This document shows positions 47,391 to 52,717 of a stretch of 52,717 nucleotides of DNA, piece by piece (position 1 is the first letter of the stretch; each line of letters starts with the position of its first letter). A program made the position numbers and the translations under genes. The stretch is taken from positions 1 to 52,717 of the forward strand of contig NIVC01004262.1 of assembly GCA_002269645.1 (NCBI GenBank), in the 5' to 3' direction. The notes beneath the pieces were generated by a model. It saw only the letters and a list, made by a program, of their open reading frames with translations, was not told the origin of the DNA and made no database searches. The DNA is from Macrostomum lignano. Lineage: Eukaryota.

Positions 47391-47998
47391 ATGAGTTCCG
47401 CCATCAGCCCCAGCCCGTCAGCCGTGGAAGCCACGAAGCCAAAGCCGCGCCGTCCCGCCGACTACCCGCCGAACGGCTTCGGCGACTTCTGGCAGCGGAA
47501 GCTGCGCACGAGTTTCCGCCGGATGAACCGCAGCGGCTCCGGGCTGCTGACCCGCGACGACTTCCGCGCCATCGGCGACGAGATGGTCCGCCTGGGCGGC
47601 CTGTCGGGCCAGCGCGCCGAGGACGTCAGGGGGGTGATGCTGAGGATCTGGGATGACTACTACAGGCCGAGGGAGGGCGGCTCCGGCATCAGCGCCGACC
47701 AGTACGTGGCGCAGAAGTGCCGGATGGTCAACGGCCCGCTGCGCGATGACGTCACCCGCTACGGCCAGGAGCTGTTCAAGGCGATGGACCACAACGGCGA
47801 CGAGAGGATCTCGCGCGAGGAGTACCGGATCTTCACCGAGGCCTGGGGCATCGGCGACCGCGCCAGGACGAGATGTTCGAGCTGATGCAGCGCGATGGAG
47901 CCGTGGCGAAGGAGGACTTCTTGAGCGCCCTGGCCGACTTCTACATCAGCGAGGATGAGAGCTCGCCGTACTCCAGGCTGTTTGGCGACCTGTGCTGA
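47391..47998 (+). CDS. Sarcoplasmic calcium-binding protein / calexcitin-like EF-hand protein with a 1-nt frameshift near 47860
   Basis: FWQRKLRTSFRRMN..G.GLLTRDDF and MDHNGDERISREEY, then a second frame continues DEMFELM...FLSALADFYISEDESSPYSRLFGDLC* (stop 47996-47998), typical of SCP C-termini. Confidence 0.8.
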
Positions 47999-48365
47999 CC
48001 TCGGTGACCTTGGTGACTTCTAGTGACCTCGGTTGACCTTGGGTGACTTTGGGTGGCCTTACGTGCTGACCTTCGACTGACCTTGCAGTGACCTTTGGCG
48101 ACCTCTACTGACCTGGGTGGAGCTTGGCTCACCTTGAGTGACCTCTACTGACCTCGGTTGAGCTTGGGTGACCTCTGTTGACCCAATTGGTGACCTTGGG
48201 TGACTTCTATTGACCTCGGTTGACCTTGGGTGACTTTGGGTGGCCTTACGTGCTGACCTTCGACTGACCTTGCAGTGACGTTTGGCGACCTCTACTGACC
48301 TGGGTTGAGCTTGGGTGACCTCTGTTGACCCAATTGGTGACCTTGGAGTGACTTCGGGTGACCTG
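47996..48365. repeat. Degenerate GTGACCT/GTTGACC repeats with a duplicated block, 3' of the EF-hand gene
   Basis: Block ttgaccttgggtgactttgggtggccttacgtgctgaccttcg occurs near 48030 and 48220. Confidence 0.75.
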
Positions 48366-50624
48366 TCCTGTTTTAACCCGGAATTACGAGTACTGTATAG
48401 ACTGGAAAAGTTAATTATGTTAACAAAAGCTATTGGGACAATTTAATTACATAATAAACAATCGGCATCTACTTTTGCAAAATATATTAAATGTTCGTCA
48501 CTTTGCTGAATCACAGTGCGAGCATATGCTGCCGTTAGTTTTAAAAAAGCAACGCCTTTCTCGATGGTTCAATGGTAATTGGCCAGAAATTTCTTCTCAA
48601 AAGACTGCTTAAAAGTCAGTAAGCAGGAATATCAAACAATAGTTATCATTCTTTGCTCACGACAAACATTCAAGTTTAACAGGAGGCTTTGCTAGAACTT
48701 GTATGTACATGTACGAGTACAAGCTTGCTCACACGAAGCACCGGCTGGGTAATCTTTATCTTTAGAGCAGATTTAATACGGCCCGTGAAAGATCTACGGT
48801 CTCTTCAATTTCATGCAGAAAGCACGACTGTTTAATGTAGTCTATGGTCTTTACCCGACGGTCCAGACCAAAGATCATATACGAGTATACACAAGATGGG
48901 CCACCATAGAAGCTAATGTGAAAATTTTTGCAACTCGCGACAGCGCGAAATCAACTACTGAACTCAATTTCGTCACTAGTCTCTGCAGTGCATGCATTAT
49001 GCTTAGTTTATTTAGTACCTTTTTTATAACTCTTTATATAAGAATTTATATAAGAATAGAAGACCTATCTATGGTCGAGACTGAAGAACTGACTTGTTCC
49101 TTAGTGCGAAGAAGAAATGCTTGAAATGAAAAGGTTCAAACAATTAAAGTAACGGAAAACGTGAGTCGAGAAATATAATAGCCCTCGTTGACTACGAAAC
49201 TATATGTAGCGCATGGCTCTCATCAATTAGAGTAATCTACCTGTTGATTCTCTGAACGGGCTGACAAGTAATGATCAGCTATCGCCCTGGACCGAGTGCT
49301 ACCATGACTCGTACTAGCCGTAAACCTTTGTTGACTGCTATATTACGTCATCCTCGAAAATATTGTTTTGTTAACAATTCAACGTTTGTATGTTCTCTTC
49401 TCAATAAACGTGTCTATAGCTCTTAGGCTGACTAAGACTGAAATAATGGCCCAATGCGTGTGACAAAAAATTATCGCTGTGCCTTATGTACAATATGACG
49501 CATGTTTTTTCGCAACCAACTAGTAACTGGCGGCCTCGACTTTCGTCATGCCAAGGAGAATTAAAGTATAGAAGGTCGGGAAACTCGGTTTCTAAGAAAA
49601 ACTTTGATTGTATAATTAACTGTTTAACTTCCGAATGAATTTGCGATCCTGCTACAAACAATTGTATTTTTGATTTATTGACTTGCTTATTTAGGATGAC
49701 AATCGATAAATATAAATTTAAAAGTTGCAGTCTTGAGAAAACAGGCTTATACGCAACACAATGGAAGCCAAAAAAAGTTTATGCTTAATTCTATACAAAA
49801 TATCAGGTGAAAATTTCCTGCATAAATTAAATTAGGTGGCAGTAAATCAAATACAAAAAGGCTGACAGATATTGGAGCAAGCAGTGGTAAAAGAGATTTT
49901 AAAAACATAACTACTGCTAGTAGTAGTAAAATGATATTCTAAAAATATGTGAATGAGAAAAACTATTTATGGTCAGATATTTCAATGCGATTCTGATCAA
50001 TTTAAATAAATTATATTTTTTTCCTTTTAGTAATCATGTAGGTGCAAAAGAGAAAAGTAAAGCTAAAACTATTGGCTGTCGAATGAGTACTGAAAATACT
50101 ATTTAAACAATTAGTGGGAAGATCTGTAAATAAAAAATTGAGACTTTTTGGACATGCCAATTTTTTTCAAAAGAAACTTTGATTGTACAAAAAACGATTG
50201 AAAGTTTTTTTGTCACGCTACTGATAAACAAAAATTGTTGTAAATCTGTACTAAATCATAACAAAAACATGTAGCACAAAATTCAGTCAGTGCGAAAAAA
50301 AATTCCGTTAATATTGCACAATATTTGATAATAAAATAAGTTTATAGTTGTATAGTTGTAGCACGTTTTATAATCCGTTAGCTACTGACAGTAGTAGAAG
50401 TGAGGTGCCTGGAGTGAGATTCTATTTTTTGATCAGTCCGATTAGCGAGTTTTACGCGATTTCTGTTATTTATTTAATCGATTGAGATTGAGCATTCGGT
50501 CATTGTGCGCCGCTTAAAATCGGCAACAATCTTCATCGCCTGGAACCGGAGTGCAGAGCAGATTACTGATATTGCAGTTATTCTTTTATTTGCAGACGAT
50601 TTTCCAGGATAGTTAATTAATTGG

Positions 50625-52015
50625 GGCGATTTTTCTAGGATAATAAATACGAGCATAGGAGCGATTTTTCTAGGATTGTAAATAGGGGCAATTTTCCAGG
50701 ATAGTAAATAGGGGCGACTTTCTAGCGTAGTAAATAGGGGCGATTTTTCTAGGATTGTAAATAGGGGCGATTTTCTAGGATTGTAAATAGGGGCGATTTT
50801 CTAGGATTGTAAATAGGGGCGATTTTCTAGGATTGTAAATAGGGGCGACTTTCTATAGCGTAGTAAATAGGGGCGATTTTCCAGGATAGTAAATAGGGGC
50901 GATTTTCCAGGATAGTAAATAGGGGCGATTTTTCTAGGATAGTAAATAGGGGCAATTTTTCTAGGATTGTAAATAGGGGCGATTTTCTAGGATAGTAAAT
51001 AGGGGCGATTTTCTAGCGTAGTAAATAGGGGCGATTTTCCAGGATAGTAAATAGGGTTGATTTTTCCAGGATAGTAAATAGGGGCGATTTTTCTAGGATT
51101 GTAAATAGGGGCGATTTTCTAGGATTGTAAATAGGGGCGATTTTTCTAGGATTGTAAATAGGGGCGATTTTCTAGGATAGTAAATAGGGGCGATTTTCTA
51201 GCGTAGTAAATAGGGGCGATTTTTCTAGGATTGTAAATAGGGGCGATTTTTATAGGATTGTAAATAGGGGCGATTTTCTAGGATTGTAAATAGGGGCGAT
51301 TTTTCTAGGATTGTAAATAGGGGCGATTTTCTAGGATAGTAAATAGGGGCGATTTTTCTAGGATTGTAAATAGGTTGATTTTTCCAGGATTGTAAATAGG
51401 GGCGATTTTTCTAGGATTGTAAATAGGGGCGATTTTTCTAGGATTGTAAATAGGGGCGATTTTTCTAGGATAGTAAATAGGGGCGATTTTTCTAGGATTG
51501 TAAATAGGGTTGATTTTTCCAGGATTGTAAATAGGGGCGATTTTTCTAGGATTGTAAATAGGGTTGATTTTTCCAGGATTGTAAATAGGGGCGATTTTCT
51601 AGGATTGTAAATAGGGGCGATTTTTCTAGGATTGTAAATAGGGGCGATTTTTCTAGGATAGTAAATAGGGGCGATTTTTCTAGGATAGTAAATAGGGGCG
51701 ATTTTTCTAGGATAGTAAATAGGGGCGATTTTTCTAGATAGTAAATAGGGGCGATTTTTCTAGGATAGTAAATAGGGGCGATTTTTCTAGGATAGTAAAT
51801 AGGGGCGATTTTTCTAGGATAGTAAATAGGGGCGATTTTTCTAGGATAGTAAATAGGGGCGATTTTTCTAGGATAGTAAATAGGGGCGATTTTTCTAGGA
51901 TTGTAAATAGGGGCGATTTTCTATGATAAAAATAGGGCCGATTTTCTATAATACAATAGTAAATAGGGGTGCATGATTTTTCCAGGATTGTCAATAGGGG
52001 TGATTTTTCTTGGAT
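50625..52015. repeat. ~27-bp minisatellite (~50 copies)
   Basis: Unit ggat(a/t)gtaaataggggcgatttttcta. Confidence 0.95.
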
Positions 52016-52120
52016 AGTAAATAGCAGCAATTGTTCCAAAATGTTAAAATATATCTGATATTGATTCTCTTTTTAAAAACTGGAGACTTTTCATGGAGAT
52101 TTCTGAATCCCAAAAAACAG

Positions 52121-52300
52121 AGACAGCCAAGCCTCAGCCTCACCGTCTGCAGAGCCGACACCCAGGCCAGCGTGGTGCGCTGCGTCTCCGGACGTCGGCT
52201 GGACAGCTCGGCTCTCACCGACTCGCCCGAGGAGTTGCGCCAGCAGATGCGGATGCCGCAAGGCAGACTGCTGGCTGGCGGGTCGGTGGGGGCTTGCGAT
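52121..52300 (+). other. Possible isolated coding exon of a gene extending beyond the window
   Basis: GC-rich unique island between two minisatellites, open frame SLSLTVCRADTQASVVRCVSGRRLDSSALTDSPEELRQQMRMPQ, preceded by CAG. Splice sites are weak and the product is unrecognised. Confidence 0.3.
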
Positions 52301-52717
52301 TGATGAAGCTGACTCTGTGCGATTGATGAAGCTGACTCTGTGCGATTGATGAAGCTGACTCTGTGCGATTGATGAAGCTGACTCTGTGCGATTGATGAAG
52401 CTGACTCTGTGCGATTGATGAAGCTGACTCTGTGCGATTGATGAAGCTGACTCTGTGCGATTGATGAAGCTGACTCTGTGCGATTGATGGGGCTGACTCT
52501 GTGCGATTGATGGGGCTGACTCTGTGCGATTGATGAAGCTGACTCTGTGCGATTGATGGGGCTGACTCTGTGCGATTGATGGGGCTGACTCTGTGCGATT
52601 GATGAAGCTGACTCTGTGTGCGATTGATGGGCTGACTCTGTGCGATTGATGAAGCTGACTCTGTGCGATTGATGAGGCTGACTCTGTGCGATTGATGGGC
52701 TGCCTCTGTGCGATTGA
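52298..52717. repeat. 23-bp minisatellite running off the window end
   Basis: Unit gattgatgaagctgactctgtgc. Confidence 0.95.

Noticed and set aside
48400-50620. Short ORFs (48813-49124, 49401-49661) as transposase fragments
   Set aside because: No recognisable DDE motif spacing or TIR pair; may be old TE debris but this cannot be supported from sequence alone.

Overview
Eukaryotic (metazoan) genomic DNA: GC-rich exons, AT-rich spacers and about 30 separate tandem arrays. The style resembles the flatworm Macrostomum lignano, but that identification is inference only. Manual splicing gives seven co-oriented + strand genes over 1.9-31.9 kb: ELL (4 exons), KAT5/Tip60 (2 exons, GC-AG intron), PRELID3/slowmo (intronless), an unrecognised repeat + RRM-like protein (3 exons), DPH2 (3 exons), a ~128-aa single-TM orphan and BBS4 (6 exons). 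Then come a 7-exon minus-strand secreted PAN/C-type-lectin-like gene with an in-frame TGA in its last exon, a 252-aa minus-strand orphan, a sarcoplasmic Ca-binding (SCP/calexcitin-like) EF-hand gene with a 1-nt frameshift, and a possible partial exon at the right edge. Almost every long intron and spacer is filled by its own mini- or microsatellite. A 986-bp solo LTR sits inside one array, and a MITE-like element has tandemly amplified its own end. Most long ORFs in the supplied track are translations of these repeats, not genes. No CRISPR, rRNA or intact tRNA was seen. Exon phases were checked by hand; repeat boundaries and copy numbers are approximate; no database searches were run.
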